A stretch of 64,000 nucleotides of DNA. Origin: Eledone cirrhosa. Taxonomy: Eukaryota. The notes beneath the pieces were generated by a model that ran no database searches, was not told the DNA's origin, and was given only the letters and a program-made list of their open reading frames with translations. The stretch is taken from positions 34,100,001-34,164,000 of the forward strand of contig OZ024753.1 in the NCBI GenBank assembly GCA_964016885.1, given 5' to 3'. A program made the translations under genes and the position numbers. Below are positions 1 through 13,155 of this stretch, piece by piece (positions within the stretch are counted from its first letter, which is position 1; each line of letters begins with the position of its first letter).

Positions 1-216
<216 letters not shown>

Positions 217-704
217 TGTAGAGGTCTGGACGTATTTAGTGTTGCGCAATGTATTCTGTTGACGTCAACAACTAATTTCGAAAAAAGCAAACATTACGGA
301 GGTTCCTTTCCCACCATCTTAACACTATTATATACTATCACTTCTATTTTACATTGCTGTAAAAGAGTAATATCAGAGATTTATTTTCAAAGAGATTTTT
401 TAAGAAGAAAATCACACACACAAACGTGGAAATATATTCAAAGGTTATTAAAGATGTTGTCTTGCTTTATAGGCAATCCTGTTCTTTTTAGTTCAATTGG
501 ATAAATTATTTCTGAAGTCTTACTATACTTTCATGATAGATATAAAAAATAAAAGAACATATAGCCCATTGCTCAATCTTTAGGTATTTACTAAAACGTG
601 AAATCTCTTTACGAATATATATATATTTTTTAAACTTCACATGAATTAAATCTGTCGATTGAAGCTATTTCTTTAAAACTATATTGATTTATTTCTACTC
701 AGCA

Positions 705-1090
705 TAAAATGGTCGTGTAGGAAACACTAAAAAAACGCGGTAAAAAGGCTCCCAGTCGACGCTGTAAAGTGGTCGTTTAGGAGACACGGTAAAAAGGCTC
801 CCAGTCCACACTGTAAAGTGGTTGTGTAGGACACACGGTAAAAAGGCGGCTTCCAGTCCACACTGTAGAGTGGTCGTGTAGGAGACACGGTAAAAAGGCT
901 CCCAGTCCACACTGTAAAGTGGTCGTGTAGGAGACACGGTAAAAAGGCTCCCAGTCCATACTGTAAAATGGTGTAGGAGACACTGTAAAATGGCTCCCAG
1001 TCCACACTGTAAATGTGGTTTGTGTTAGGAAGAGCATCCAGCCGTAGAAAATCTGCCAGAAACAGTTCTGTACGAGCGAGACACGGTCTC
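705..1090 (+). mobile_element. RTE-LINE 3' UTR fragment with internal ~49-bp tandem expansion (~6 units)
   Basis: Unit ggagacacggtaaaaaggctcccagtccacactgtaaagtggtcgtgta (881-929), followed by gttaggaagagcatccagccgtagaaa. It is the reverse complement of sequence in the copies at 25767 and 38788. Confidence 0.75.
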
Positions 1091-1279
1091 CCGACCAATT
1101 ATGTGGTTCTAGATTATATTCTTTTATGTGACACTTTGAGCAAATAAATTTGCTTCGTCTGGGATTGAACTCTATACTTATGATGATGTTGTGGGAGTGC
1201 TCTCTTGCATATTATAATCTGGCGAAGCTCATTTCTTCAAGAAAGAGAGAGATAAGCAGACAGATAGTCAGACAGACAG

Positions 1280-1642
<363 letters not shown>

Positions 1643-1659
1643 AAAATTTACCTCTATAT

Positions 1660-1790
1660 TGAATTAATACTTTATTTATCGACCCCGAAATGATGAAAGT
1701 CAAAATTAATCTCTCTGGTATTTGATCTCAAATCACAAAGAACCGGAAATAATTTTATCCGGCACTCTAACAACTCTAAGAATTCGTCTT
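1660..1790 (-). mobile_element. Degenerate tRNA-derived SINE
   Basis: tactttatttatcgaccccgaaatgatgaaagtcaaa matches the SINE core seen at 47262 and 54055. Confidence 0.6.
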
Positions 1791-2439
1791 GTATAGAAAG
1801 ATTATAAATTAATAAACCACTAGAATTAGATTTTCTTTTACTTTATTATCTGACAGAGAAAGGTTGTAATAGTTTAAGAGTTTAGTATTGCTGTATGACA
1901 TAAGCGGCTTTATTTATAGTCTGTTTGTTTTCTTCACATCAAATGCCAGCTGTTATAGTCAGCATTTGTCGGAGCCGTGTACTTCTTATTCATGAATGAT
2001 TACAAATCCAAAATGCAATCATAGCATTCGCATTGCTTCTTCTATCGAAGCAAATGGAGAGAATTAGCGTAAACCAAATGAAAGTCTAAAGGTTTGTATT
2101 TGTGGTAAAATCAGACCGGTCTGTAAATGTATTCAGTAAATGATGAACTAATGCCCATAGCAACAAACGGATATACAGCATATGCAGCAGTGGATGTTAT
2201 AGATTTTAACTTAATATTAATATAATGTATGTTCCTGGCCACTGACTCCCTGTCTTTGAATGACAAGTAGCTGGCTAGTTCTGAATTCTTGTTGACTTTT
2301 TGTATCAAAAGCCTAGAAAGCCTTAAGGTTTAACGATTGTTATTCAGCATGAAACGCGTCTTCGAAACTTCATGACCGACGTCAAATGTTTCTACTTCAA
2401 TGTATTATATAGAACGTCAGATAGTGTTCTTTGAAGTAA

Positions 2440-2720
2440 TCGTTCTGGCTCTCTACTCTCTGAGTTCAAATCCCGCGAAGGTCAGTCAACCTTGCCATTC
2501 ATCCCTTCGAGGTGGATAAAAAAAATACCAGTCTAGTACTGGGGTCGATTCTTCCTCTATATCTCTTTCTCACTTCCTCTCAGTCATTTTCTATCCTTCT
2601 CTGGAAGAAATCTGCTGTACTCAGGCCTGGAGAGGGATGGGCTCCGTCAGGCTTTAAATGCCCTAGAAACGCTGTATGTCAAAACGGCGCCTCTACGACT
2701 CCATCAGGAGTTACAGGGTC
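2440..2720 (+). mobile_element. tRNA-derived SINE with extended tail
   Basis: B-box gagttcaaatccc and core ttgccattcatcccttcgaggtggataaa. The tail ctggaagaaatctgctgtactc recurs near 46620, 47830 and 60540. Confidence 0.65.
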
Positions 2721-3682
2721 ATACCATAGCAAATTAAGAGAACTATAGACATCGTTTGAACCGAAGTTAAAACAAAAACAAATGGTGCGTGTCTTGCTTA
2801 GAGACAACAACAGAAAAACTATTGGCAGAGTTCGAATTTGTTAACCTTTTGGTCATTAGTTCCAACTGTTTAAACTACATCACACATAGAAATATATTTA
2901 TTATGAATATACAGGATATCTAAGTCGGCAATATGTCATCTGATGGTATTTGTGTCTAAACTGATGAAAGAATATTCAAAAACACTGGCAGGCATTATAT
3001 AAAATAGACTCGGAATATAATACACTGAATTGGATTTCATTTATACGAAATTGATTGGATGCCAATGTCGAATGTAAGTAGCAGCATGACAGGCTCTAAG
3101 TATTTGATTGATTGCGTGTGTATGTGTATGTGTGTGTGTGTGTGTGTGTATCTGTCTGTGTATCTGTAAAGTAGAAAGTGAGTCTATGTCTCTGTACGTA
3201 TTTGTCTATATGTGTTTTGTACGTGACATGAAATATCTGTTGAAAATATAAAGAGCGGAATACAATAAAACAAAGGCTAAACGGTATGCTGTTTTTCTAT
3301 ACAGAAGAATTAAAACACTCGCCAAATGTTAGTGACTCCGTCTCGACTAAGTATGGAATGGGTGGCAGGAAAATTGATGGAAAATCGATGAAGTATTTTA
3401 TTTCCTACTGATTGGTAGATTGTTTTGTTTTCTATTCATATTATTTTATCTTTCTTTCAATTATCATCCCGGTCGTGATCAACATCATCACTACCAACAT
3501 CATTATCGTCATCGTCAGTATTACGAGTGTGCTGATGAAACACTCCATTGAAATTTGATAGACGAGAACTGGGTGGAGGTCCGTCGCATGCAAATGTGTC
3601 TGTATGACAACTTTATGTGTATGTGCGTGAGTACATATTTGTCATCGATACATTCATATACACATATATATATATATATACA

Positions 3683-3738
<56 letters not shown>

Positions 3739-3890
3739 AGAAATGGAATGTATTGGACATATAATATCCAATAAATTCAATTCGTCGCAACACCGATTCC
3801 CTTTTTTTCTGTGATATCATACTCTGCTCTATTAGCGCATCGAGTGCTCATACGGCCTACCACATCCAGACGCTTTGAGCATCCAACACC

Positions 3891-3951
<61 letters not shown>

Positions 3952-4035
3952 CGTTATTCCGGGTTGAATCGGAGGTAACCACAGTAAGTAAGGTACTCAA
4001 TACATAGCAGAGTATAAAAGTTTTAATATAGAAGA

Positions 4036-4083
4036 GATTCTACAGGACTAGAACTGTTTCATTCTTTAGAAATCATCAGGAAT
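4036..4083 (-). ncRNA. Type I hammerhead ribozyme motif
   Basis: Reverse complement reads attc-CTGATGA-tttctaaagaat-GAAA-cag(ttctagtc)ctg-TA-gaatc. Confidence 0.8.
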
Positions 4084-4132
4084 GATTCCTGATGATTTCT
4101 AAAGAATGAAACAGTTCTAGTCCTGTAGAATC
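4084..4132 (+). ncRNA. Type I hammerhead ribozyme motif
   Basis: gattc-CTGATGA-tttctaaagaat-GAAA-cag(ttctagtc)ctg-TA-gaatc; stem I gattc/gaatc. Confidence 0.82.
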
Positions 4133-4497
4133 TCTTCTATATTAAAACTATATATATATATATATAAATTACTTCAATTGTTGTCCACACGAATCAAAAT
4201 TCTTACTGAAGAGATGGTCTCGGTCGAATTAAAATTCGATTTAACCCTATGTTACCTGCCCTCTCTCTGCCCACAAGTCAGCCTTTTTTTGTTAGAATTC
4301 TCTCCTTTACATATATAGAATTTAACCATAAAGAAATTAATTAATTGAGGTTTTTAAGTGTTCCCTACCCTTAGAACTCTCTACACAATCACAATCAAGA
4401 TTCTCCTCGGAAGTAACTCCATTACAGTCAGTATGACAGACTGAATTAGTTGGCGTTAGACCCAACGAAAGTTTATTATCGGCGTAATGCCACTGTT

Positions 4498-4537
<40 letters not shown>

Positions 4538-4754
4538 AAAATATATATATATAAATATATCTCTTCTTTTCCTTGTCTCTCTATCTCGCTCCGTTGTTTT
4601 TCTTTACATACATCTCTTCATCTTCTTCTTCTCATCTTCGTTTTTCTTTCTATATAACTGTCATAACAGTTTCACTACCAAATCAACTTTTTAAATGGAA
4701 GTTGCATTATTACAAGGTATGTCACTAATTATTTATAAAACAGCTTATGTATTG

Positions 4755-4821
4755 TATTTTGTCTGAGGAAGGCATACCATATTTTTTAATATGATATCCC
4801 AGAAATATATATAACGAAATA
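4755..4821 (+). ncRNA. Type I hammerhead ribozyme motif
   Basis: tattttgt-CTGAGGA-stem II-GAAA-tatata-TA-acgaaata; 8-bp stem I including one G-U pair. Confidence 0.72.
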
Positions 4822-4952
4822 AATATGGTTTTATAAATATAGTTTCCATTTGTTTAATATCGTAAACCTACTCCAGAAACTGTTGAGTGCTTTTATATCA
4901 GTTATAAAATATTTACTCGTTGTAACCCAACAATCTTAAATAAAACTTTTGC

Positions 4953-5033
<81 letters not shown>

Positions 5034-5198
5034 AGAAAAGGAGGTTTTGTTTTCAAAATGAAAAAAAAACGAGATGTCCTACACGAGTGAAAGTATAAGG
5101 AAAAAAAAATGAAATCGAAAATGCAACTGGAGTCGTTTTAAGAAAATAAATATTCTTAAAAAGACTCCAGTTGCATTTTCGATTTCAACTGTTTTCCT

Positions 5199-5313
<115 letters not shown>

Positions 5314-5580
5314 TCTTTCGATTTAGTAATTTCAACAAATTTTGAAATTACTAAATCGAAAGACATTCTATTAAATAGAAGACAGGAATTAATTATCGCA
5401 TGTAACCATAGAATTAGAAAGACATTCAAGTATTATAAATACAACTAAATAAATACAGAAAAAAATATAAAAGAATATATATATATATATATATATACGT
5501 TATTCCGGGTTGAATCGGAGGTAACCACAGTAAGTAAGGTACTCAATACATAGCAGAGTATAACAGTTTTAATATAGATG

Positions 5581-5631
5581 AGATTCTACAGGTCTAGAAC
5601 TGTTTCATTCATTAGAAATCATCAGGAATCT
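5581..5631 (-). ncRNA. Type I hammerhead ribozyme in Penelope 3' pLTR
   Basis: Reverse complement reads agattc-CTGATGA-tttctaatgaat-GAAA-cag..ctg-TA-gaatct. Confidence 0.85.
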
Positions 5632-6239
5632 GGGTATCAAAAAATAAATATGGTATTTATAGGTCTCTACAAGTGGTAGGAGAGGGTGGGGAGTTGGATG
5701 GGTGCAGGTCATTGGTTGATAGAAAAGGGAATTCATTAAAAGCTAATTCTACAAAGCTATAGTTAATTTTTATTTTTATTTATATTTATTTATGTTTTTA
5801 GAGTAACAAAGGCAGACAGAATTCTATAAACAGGTTCCGGATGGCATACCATTCCTTGTCAATAAGTTTCTCTTAAGCTAACAGATGTCTATAAAATCAG
5901 TGGGGGGTCAGTCAAGCTCGATAGAATTAAAGAAGAGGGAGATTCTTTAAAAGCTAAAGTCATTAAGGTTCTACTAAGTGACAAAGGTCTAGGGAATTCT
6001 GCAGACAGATTCAAAATACTGAGTGCATATCTTACTATTATCTTCGAACTTCTCTTAAACTAATCAACAATATGCCAAAATCAACAGACACATTCACAAA
6101 AAAACAAAAAAACAAAAGAACAAAAAAACAGAAAAACAAAAAAACACACATAAAAAACAAAAAAACACACATACTCACTCACACACTTACGCGCAACCAT
6201 AAACACACACACAAACACATATACACACATAAAAACACA

Positions 6240-6360
6240 CACACATATATAAAAAATATATAAATATATATAAAAATATATATTCATGTACACACACATA
6301 CATACACACATACATACATACATACATATATAAAATACATATACACATATACATACGCAC

Positions 6361-6419
<59 letters not shown>

Positions 6420-6434
6420 CATATATATACAAAC

Positions 6435-6482
<48 letters not shown>

Positions 6483-6626
6483 AGACACACACACATATGT
6501 ACACAAATAAATAGACTCACATGCATACATACAAACACGAGTATACATATGTATAAATATCTATACACACACACATACACACACATATATATATACATAT
6601 ACATGCACATACATATACATATACAT

Positions 6627-6671
<45 letters not shown>

Positions 6672-6708
6672 TATATATATATATATATCTCTATACACAC
6701 ACATACAA

Positions 6709-6750
<42 letters not shown>

Positions 6751-6915
6751 ATACATACACAAACATACACATACATACACAGACCTATACATAAATATAC
6801 ACATATATATACAGACATATAACGCACATATACACACACATATATACATACACATACATATACACATACATATACATATATATACATATATATATATATA
6901 CATATATATATATAC

Positions 6916-6978
<63 letters not shown>

Positions 6979-6990
6979 ATACACATACAT

Positions 6991-7025
<35 letters not shown>

Positions 7026-7098
7026 CACACACACGCGCATACACACATACACACACCCGCACACAAAATATATATACACACACACTCTCTCTCTCATG

Positions 7099-7148
<50 letters not shown>

Positions 7149-7202
7149 CACACACACATACACACACACATACACATATATATACATATATATACACATA
7201 TG

Positions 7203-7244
<42 letters not shown>

Positions 7245-7313
7245 CATACATATATATACATATATACACACACCTGCCCACACAATCATATACATATATA
7301 TATACACACACAC

Positions 7314-7407
<94 letters not shown>

Positions 7408-7411
7408 GCAC

Positions 7412-7444
<33 letters not shown>

Positions 7445-7485
7445 TACATATACATATATACATATACACACATATATATATATAC

Positions 7486-7539
<54 letters not shown>

Positions 7540-7774
7540 ATACATACACACATACATACACATACATGCATACATATATATATATATATACATACACACA
7601 TATATATATACACATATATATATATATATATACACACACATACATATACACATATATATATACACACATATACACACACATACATACATACACACATACA
7701 CAGACATATACATAAACATACACACACACATACACACGTATACATACATACATACATACACATACATACACACA

Positions 7775-7824
<50 letters not shown>

Positions 7825-7982
7825 CATACATATACACAAACACATACATACATATACATACAAAAATATACACACATAAAACACATATACACACAAACAT
7901 ATATATATACACATACACATACATAAATATATATATATATATATATACATATACACACACACATATATATGCATACATATAC

Positions 7983-8032
<50 letters not shown>

Positions 8033-8048
8033 ATATATACACATACAC

Positions 8049-8079
<31 letters not shown>

Positions 8080-8193
8080 TACATACATACATATACACAA
8101 ACACATACATACATATACCTACATAAATATACACACATAAAACACATATACACACAAACATATATATATACATATATACATATATATATATAT

Positions 8194-8258
<65 letters not shown>

Positions 8259-8310
8259 TACACATATACACATATACAAACAAATATATACACATACAAG
8301 TAAATAGGTA
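6240..8310. repeat. Complex (TA)/(CA) microsatellite block inside the Penelope 3' UTR
   Basis: About 2 kb of low-complexity sequence with an internal duplicated segment (~7835 and ~8095). Confidence 0.92.
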
Positions 8311-8475
8311 CTCAATAAATATACGCATATACACAGGCACATAAAGACACCTCTACAGGCAGAAAATGTAGATACGAAAGAGGTACTCACATGACCATAG
8401 TGGCCGTATTTCAGGTTGAGGAGGGGTGGGGTAGGGTGGGGAGGAGGTATAGGGGCCAGTAGGGGGAGGTCGTTT

Positions 8476-10284
8476 TTAGCCATCGGGCTTTAACACTGGC
8501 TTAAAGTGTTTGAATGTTGCAAAGTTCTTGTGCATGCAGTTCGGGCAGTGTTCAGAGAGTTTGTTCAGTAGCGGGCCCTTGGCGAATAAAATTTCGTAGC
8601 TCTCTGAAATACAAAGGTCGCAGCCCTTGTGTCCTCCGTTGTAAGAGCGCGCTTTCTGGAGTATTTTCCAATTAAGCGTGAAGGGGGTGGAGTTCCTTTT
8701 GAGGTCCCAAACGTAGGAGGCGAGTGTTGTTTGATTTGATTTATCCGGTCTTCTGAAGGAGTGGGTATGGGCATACCAGCGGGTCTTAAAGGTGTTGGAG
8801 GTCATGCCGATGTAAGTTTTTTTGCAATCCTCGGTGCCCGAGATGACATCGCATTTGTATACGATGTCATTTGTGAGGCATTTGTTTTCTAGTGGGCATG
8901 CTTCCTTATTTAGGCAATTACATAGAGCCCCAGTCCGGGGATTGGTTTCGGAGGTGGTTGGCTTATTTAGTATAGAGTTGTGGTTGGCTATATTCCTAGC
9001 TAGGTTAGGTGTGGTGGAGTAAGAAAGTCTTATAGTGTTCTTATTAAAGATGGTGTAGTACCTATGTTGTATGGGGAAGTGTAATTTCAGTAAAGTGAAG
9101 AAAATCCTAGCTATCGGAGTAGATACCTCTCTATTGAAGGGAGGGTTGTACCAGCTAATCTGCCTATGTCTATTCCTCCTCTGCAATTTTGCGGTGGTTT
9201 CTAGGTAAGTTATCTTATCTTTAAATCCGCTACGGGCTAGGGCGTCATTGTAGTAGGAGGCAGATGCATTAAAAATATCTTTGTTGGCGGAGAGGCCAGA
9301 TATTCTAATAGAGACGCTTTTTACTAGGTTATCAGTAATGTTTTGGGGGTGGTTTGAATTAACATTAATATATTTAAGGGACTCATTAGGTTTGTGGTAC
9401 GGGTAATAGAGGGAAGTATCTAGGTCGAGAGTGACATCTAAGAAGTTGGCCCTTGTCAAATTAGAATCTATAGTTATACTAAATCCTAGATTAGAGAAGA
9501 AAGAGCTTAAGTTTTTCCGAAACCCATCGGTGGTTCTGGGGCTAACCTTATGCAGGGCGAAGAGGCCGTCGTCTCGGTATAAACCTCCAGTTAGGCCGGT
9601 AAAGAGGTTCTTCAGGTTATGTAGGATGTACAGGCCCACAAGGTCGCTAATTTCAGCCGAGTCACTCGCCCCCATGCTAACGTCAAATGGGGTCTGAGAT
9701 TTCTTGTTGATCCAGTAAGATCCATCGTGGTATAGAAAGGTCTTACGAGCGTGGAGGATAATAACTTGCTCGGCATCGGTAATGGTGGTAAAATTCCTGG
9801 CAAAGTTAATTGCGTCCTTCAGGAGGGGCTCCGAGATAGAGGCATAGTAGTTTTCTATGTCGAGTTGCAGGAAGCGAGTGTGGTGTTTATCGGGTAATTC
9901 TCGGAACCATGATATTGCCTCAGATGTTCTACTCCAGAGTGGAAGTGGTGAGGCCGCCCGCAATAATGGTAGAACTCTATCCAGGATCTTCTTACTGATA
10001 GAGCCGATGTCAGAACGAGTGGGGTTGATAAGTCTGACTGATGGTTTGTTGAGGAAATTTCCCTTATGGTCCTTCAGGGTAAAGTGCGGGGTCTTTACCC
10101 TTAAAGGTTCGGTTCGGTCATGTAATTTAAGGGACTTGGCGATTTCTTTTCCGGCCGCGTTTGTCTCAGTCAGCGCCCTCTCTATTACCTTTTTGTAGGT
10201 GGTCGTGATGGTATTTTTTGCCAGCTTATTGTAGGTCTGTGGGTCTACCTCATAAACGTTTTTGGTTTTATCGGAGGAGACATA
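8476..10284 (-). CDS. Penelope-like RT + GIY-YIG endonuclease (5'-truncated; frame extends upstream of the listed ORF start)
   Basis: RT motifs [27 protein letters not shown] and NFLDVTL; CNC-x5-C linker; IVYKC...YIGMT..FKTRW..H GIY-YIG; terminal CMH. The frame reads open from ~10284 ([11 protein letters not shown]...[19 protein letters not shown]). Confidence 0.92.
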   Translation of the reverse strand, partial: YVSSDKTKNVYEVDPQTYNKLAKNTITTTYKKVIERALTETNAAGKEIAKSLKLHDRTEPLRVKTPHFTLKDHKGNFLNKPSVRLINPTRSDIGSISKKILDRVLPLLRAASPLPLWSRTSEAISWFRELPDKHHTRFLQLDIENYYASISEPLLKDAINFARNFTTITDAEQVIILHARKTFLYHDGSYWINKKSQTPFDVSMGASDSAEISDLVGLYILHNLKNLFTGLTGGLYRDDGLFALHKVSPRTTDGFRKNLSSFFSNLGFSITIDSNLTRANFLDVTLDLDTSLYYPYHKPNESLKYINVNSNHPQNITDNLVKSVSIRISGLSANKDIFNASASYYNDALARSGFKDKITYLETTAKLQRRNRHRQISWYNPPFNREVSTPIARIFFTLLKLHFPIQHRYYTIFNKNTIRLSYSTTPNLARNIANHNSILNKPTTSETNPRTGALCNCLNKEACPLENKCLTNDIVYKCDVISGTEDCKKTYIGMTSNTFKTRWYAHTHSFRRPDKSNQTTLASYVWDLKRNSTPFTLNWKILQKARSYNGGHKGCDLCISESYEILFAKGPLLNKLSEHCPNCMHKNFATFKHFKPVLKPDG

Positions 10285-10560
10285 CCCCCCACTGATTTTA
10301 TAGACATCTGTTAGCTTAAGAGAAACTTATTGACAAGGAATGGTATGCCATCCGGAACCTGTTTATAGAATTCTGTCTGCCTTTGTTACTCTAAAAACAT
10401 AAATAAATATAAATAAAAATAAAAATTAACTATAGCTTTGTAGAATTAGCTTTTAATGAATTCCCTTTTCTATCAACCAATGACCTGCACCCATCCAACT
10501 CCCCACCCTCTCCTACCACTTGTAGAGACCTATAAATACCATATTTATTTTTTGATACCC

Positions 10561-10611
10561 AGATTCCTGATGATTTCTAATGAATGAAACAGTTCTAGTC
10601 CTGTAGAATCT
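10561..10611 (+). ncRNA. Type I hammerhead ribozyme in inverted pLTR
   Basis: agattc-CTGATGA-tttctaatgaat-GAAA-cagttctagtcctg-TA-gaatct. Confidence 0.85.
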
Positions 10612-11320
10612 CATCTATATTAAAACTATATATATATATATATATATTCTTATATATGTGTGTGTATATTTTTTTGCTATTAGAATTAATCCATAGATTC
10701 AATCCTATATCTCATCCCTTTAACTGTTTTAAATAATTAACTATTAATGAGCACTATATATTACATTATATTCAACACTCTAACAAAACTTTAACAGACA
10801 TGCATTTAAACCTATTAAGAAAGCCAGATTATTAATGAGATTTCTTATTCGAAAATAAAATTCCCTACAGGTAAAACTTCATTCTCTGACCACTCTAACA
10901 CAATATAATACTTACACAAATTTTATTATTTTCTTACCTATATATCTAAATTTTACTTTTATTTGATTCCATCTGTATTCCTCTACTTGTTCTATTGTTA
11001 GAACAAATTATTCCTCTTGAACAAAGAAATAACAAATATTTAGGATTGTTCTATACTATTCTACTAGATATAACACACTGATATCTGCACCCCTTTTCCT
11101 CCAACTTTAATCTTCCTTGACTGTCCACACTTTTCTATACAATCTGTCTAAAGTCCTTTACACTCGCAACTTTCTTTTCTTTTCTTAAAGGTCATTCGAC
11201 ACCTCATCCCCTGATTGCTAATTTATTCATCTACTACTATATTTACTATTGGTCAATCTCAACCTTGTTCTTAAAAGGTTACTTATTCATACATGTTTTT
11301 TATATTCTTCAATAAACAAA

Positions 11321-11463
11321 ACTCATTATTTCTGAAGACGGCGGGTAGGGAAGACGTATGTATATTTTCTTACTTTGATAATTTGTAATATATTTTACAT
11401 AGATCACTAATAGAATGAACATACGGAGAACTACCCCCCAGAAACGATCGTAAAATAATGAGT
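11321..11463 (+). ncRNA. Type I hammerhead with ~100-nt stem II insertion
   Basis: Perfect 11-bp stem I actcattattt/aaataatgagt; CTGAAGA; gggtag/ctaccc near the stem II base; GAAA-cgatcg-TA. Confidence 0.85.
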
Positions 11464-11651
11464 TTTACTATGAATTACCCGTATTTTATTTAGTTTCATT
11501 GTTTTCACTATTTGTATTATTTTGACTCTGCTTCCAATGAATTATATCGTTGAAATTTTGTATTTTAAACTTTGCTTCACGACATCTTCTACATACGGAT
11601 TACATTGAGTTCTTCATACGGCTTGGACCCTACCATTAATTGGTGGATTTA

Positions 11652-11694
<43 letters not shown>

Positions 11695-11803
11695 CAGTCA
11701 ATCGACAAGATCCTAGATCTCATTCGCTTAACGAGTGGGGTGGAGTTCGTCAAATCGGACCCAGGAAACAATGTTTCCATTGGCCTTTCCAATTGCTAAT
11801 ACT
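11695..11803 (+). repeat. Unclassified interspersed repeat (second copy 63440-63533, opposite strand)
   Basis: tcaatcgacaagatcc...gagtggggtg...gtcaaatcggacc.aggaaacaatgtttccattg is shared by both copies. Confidence 0.75.
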
Positions 11804-11971
11804 ATATATGTGTGTGTGTGTGTTGATGAGGTAAAGGTCCGATCGCGAGACCCATGGTTTCAGTTTGTTATCTCGCAAGCTTCTTCAATATATCCACTCG
11901 GTATCCCATCATGCATCGAGTACGACTATGTTCTGTGATCTTTCCGGTCTTCGCACCACAGACACTTCATA

Positions 11972-12069
<98 letters not shown>

Positions 12070-12541
12070 CGCGTGTGTGTTTAATGGATGTTTTCTATTC
12101 TGAATGTTATTGAACATATTACATATTTGCATTATTGATCTTTCTCCTCCCAACTTTCCCTTGTCTACATTATTTTTTTCATTTTATATATAATGAAAGA
12201 GAGATATACATATGTATATTTATAATGAAAGAGAGATATACATATATATATCATCAAATATACTGAACATTCTCATAGTATTAAATATTAAATTGCCGAA
12301 GATATATTCGAACTGTTACTTGTAATATTACTGTACAAATATATATACATTTACTTCATAATATTATCTCAATAATTTTCTCATTTATCCCGACCTACAT
12401 TACAGACTTCAATGCCGCCTAAGATATATATATTTCACACTGACATAGAGAGTTGAGATGAAAGTATGAAGTAAAAATAAAATTTATAAATACAAATACT
12501 ATATACATAGATAGATATACATAATATATAAATATATAAAT

Positions 12542-12602
<61 letters not shown>

Positions 12603-12607
12603 CATAC

Positions 12608-12683
<76 letters not shown>

Positions 12684-12700
12684 GGAGGTGAGTTTTATTG

Positions 12701-12768
12701 TTTTATTTGATGAAAACACAAATATTATTGCATGATGATATTTGTTTTTGAAATGCGCATAATAAAAT
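12701..12768 (+). ncRNA. Hammerhead motif with C3U change (internally deleted relative of the 29322 element)
   Basis: ttttat-TTGATGA-aaacacaaatat..atatttgttttt-GAAA-tgcgca-TA-ataaaa. Confidence 0.7.
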
Positions 12769-12797
12769 ACAAGGAACTCTTTTAACCATCTTTTGTT

Positions 12798-12840
<43 letters not shown>

Positions 12841-12844
<4 letters not shown>

Positions 12845-13155
12845 AAAGGATAACAAGGACGTTTGGTTACTCCTTCATTACATTTATTTGTAGTTGACGC
12901 GCATTTCGCCACTGATCAGCTCAAGGTTCGATTTGTATCTATCTTACCCGACTCTATAATCGGCAGCTCGACGGACCCTTTAAAATGCTAGTAGAAAATT
13001 AAAGGGTCCGTCGAGCTGCCGATTATAGAGTCGGGTAAGATCGATACAGATCGAACCTTGAGCTGATCAGTGGCGAAACGCGCGTCACCTACCAATAAAT
13101 GTAATGAAGGAGTAACCAATCGTCCTTGTTATCCTTTCAATATAATACACTCTGT
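12841..13155. mobile_element. Long palindromic element (~143-bp arms) with the 3' half of a hammerhead, in (TA)n
   Basis: Arms 12841-12983 and 12998-13141 with few mismatches; GAAA-cgcgcg-TC at ~13075. Confidence 0.8.

Larger units (their letters stand above)
3952..4148. mobile_element. Palindromic mini Penelope-derived element (two head-to-head hammerheads plus one tail) in (TA)n
   Basis: Arms ~4019-4083 and 4085-4148 are reverse complements. 3952-4083 is nearly identical to 5498-5629, the 3' end of the Penelope element. Confidence 0.88.
5498..10627 (-). mobile_element. Penelope-like retroelement (5'-truncated) with 3' pLTR and inverted pLTR copy at the 5' junction, flanked by (TA)n
   Basis: RT-GIY-YIG ORF; 10285-10626 is the reverse complement of 5566-5907; both arms carry a hammerhead; TA repeats on both sides. 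Confidence 0.9.

Noticed and set aside
705-1020. Regular ~49-bp repeat as a CRISPR array
   Set aside because: No unique spacers; it is a tandem repeat inside an RTE 3' UTR in eukaryotic DNA.
2111-2308. 65-aa non-repetitive minus-strand ORF
   Set aside because: No recognisable motif or clear splice signals.
3526-3565. CTGATGA-aacactccatt-GAAA-tttga-TA
   Set aside because: Core spacing is right but there is no convincing stem I or II; at best a decayed copy.
4200-4490. CTGAAGA at 4206 with distant GAAA at ~4467
   Set aside because: Stem III and stem I do not pair convincingly.
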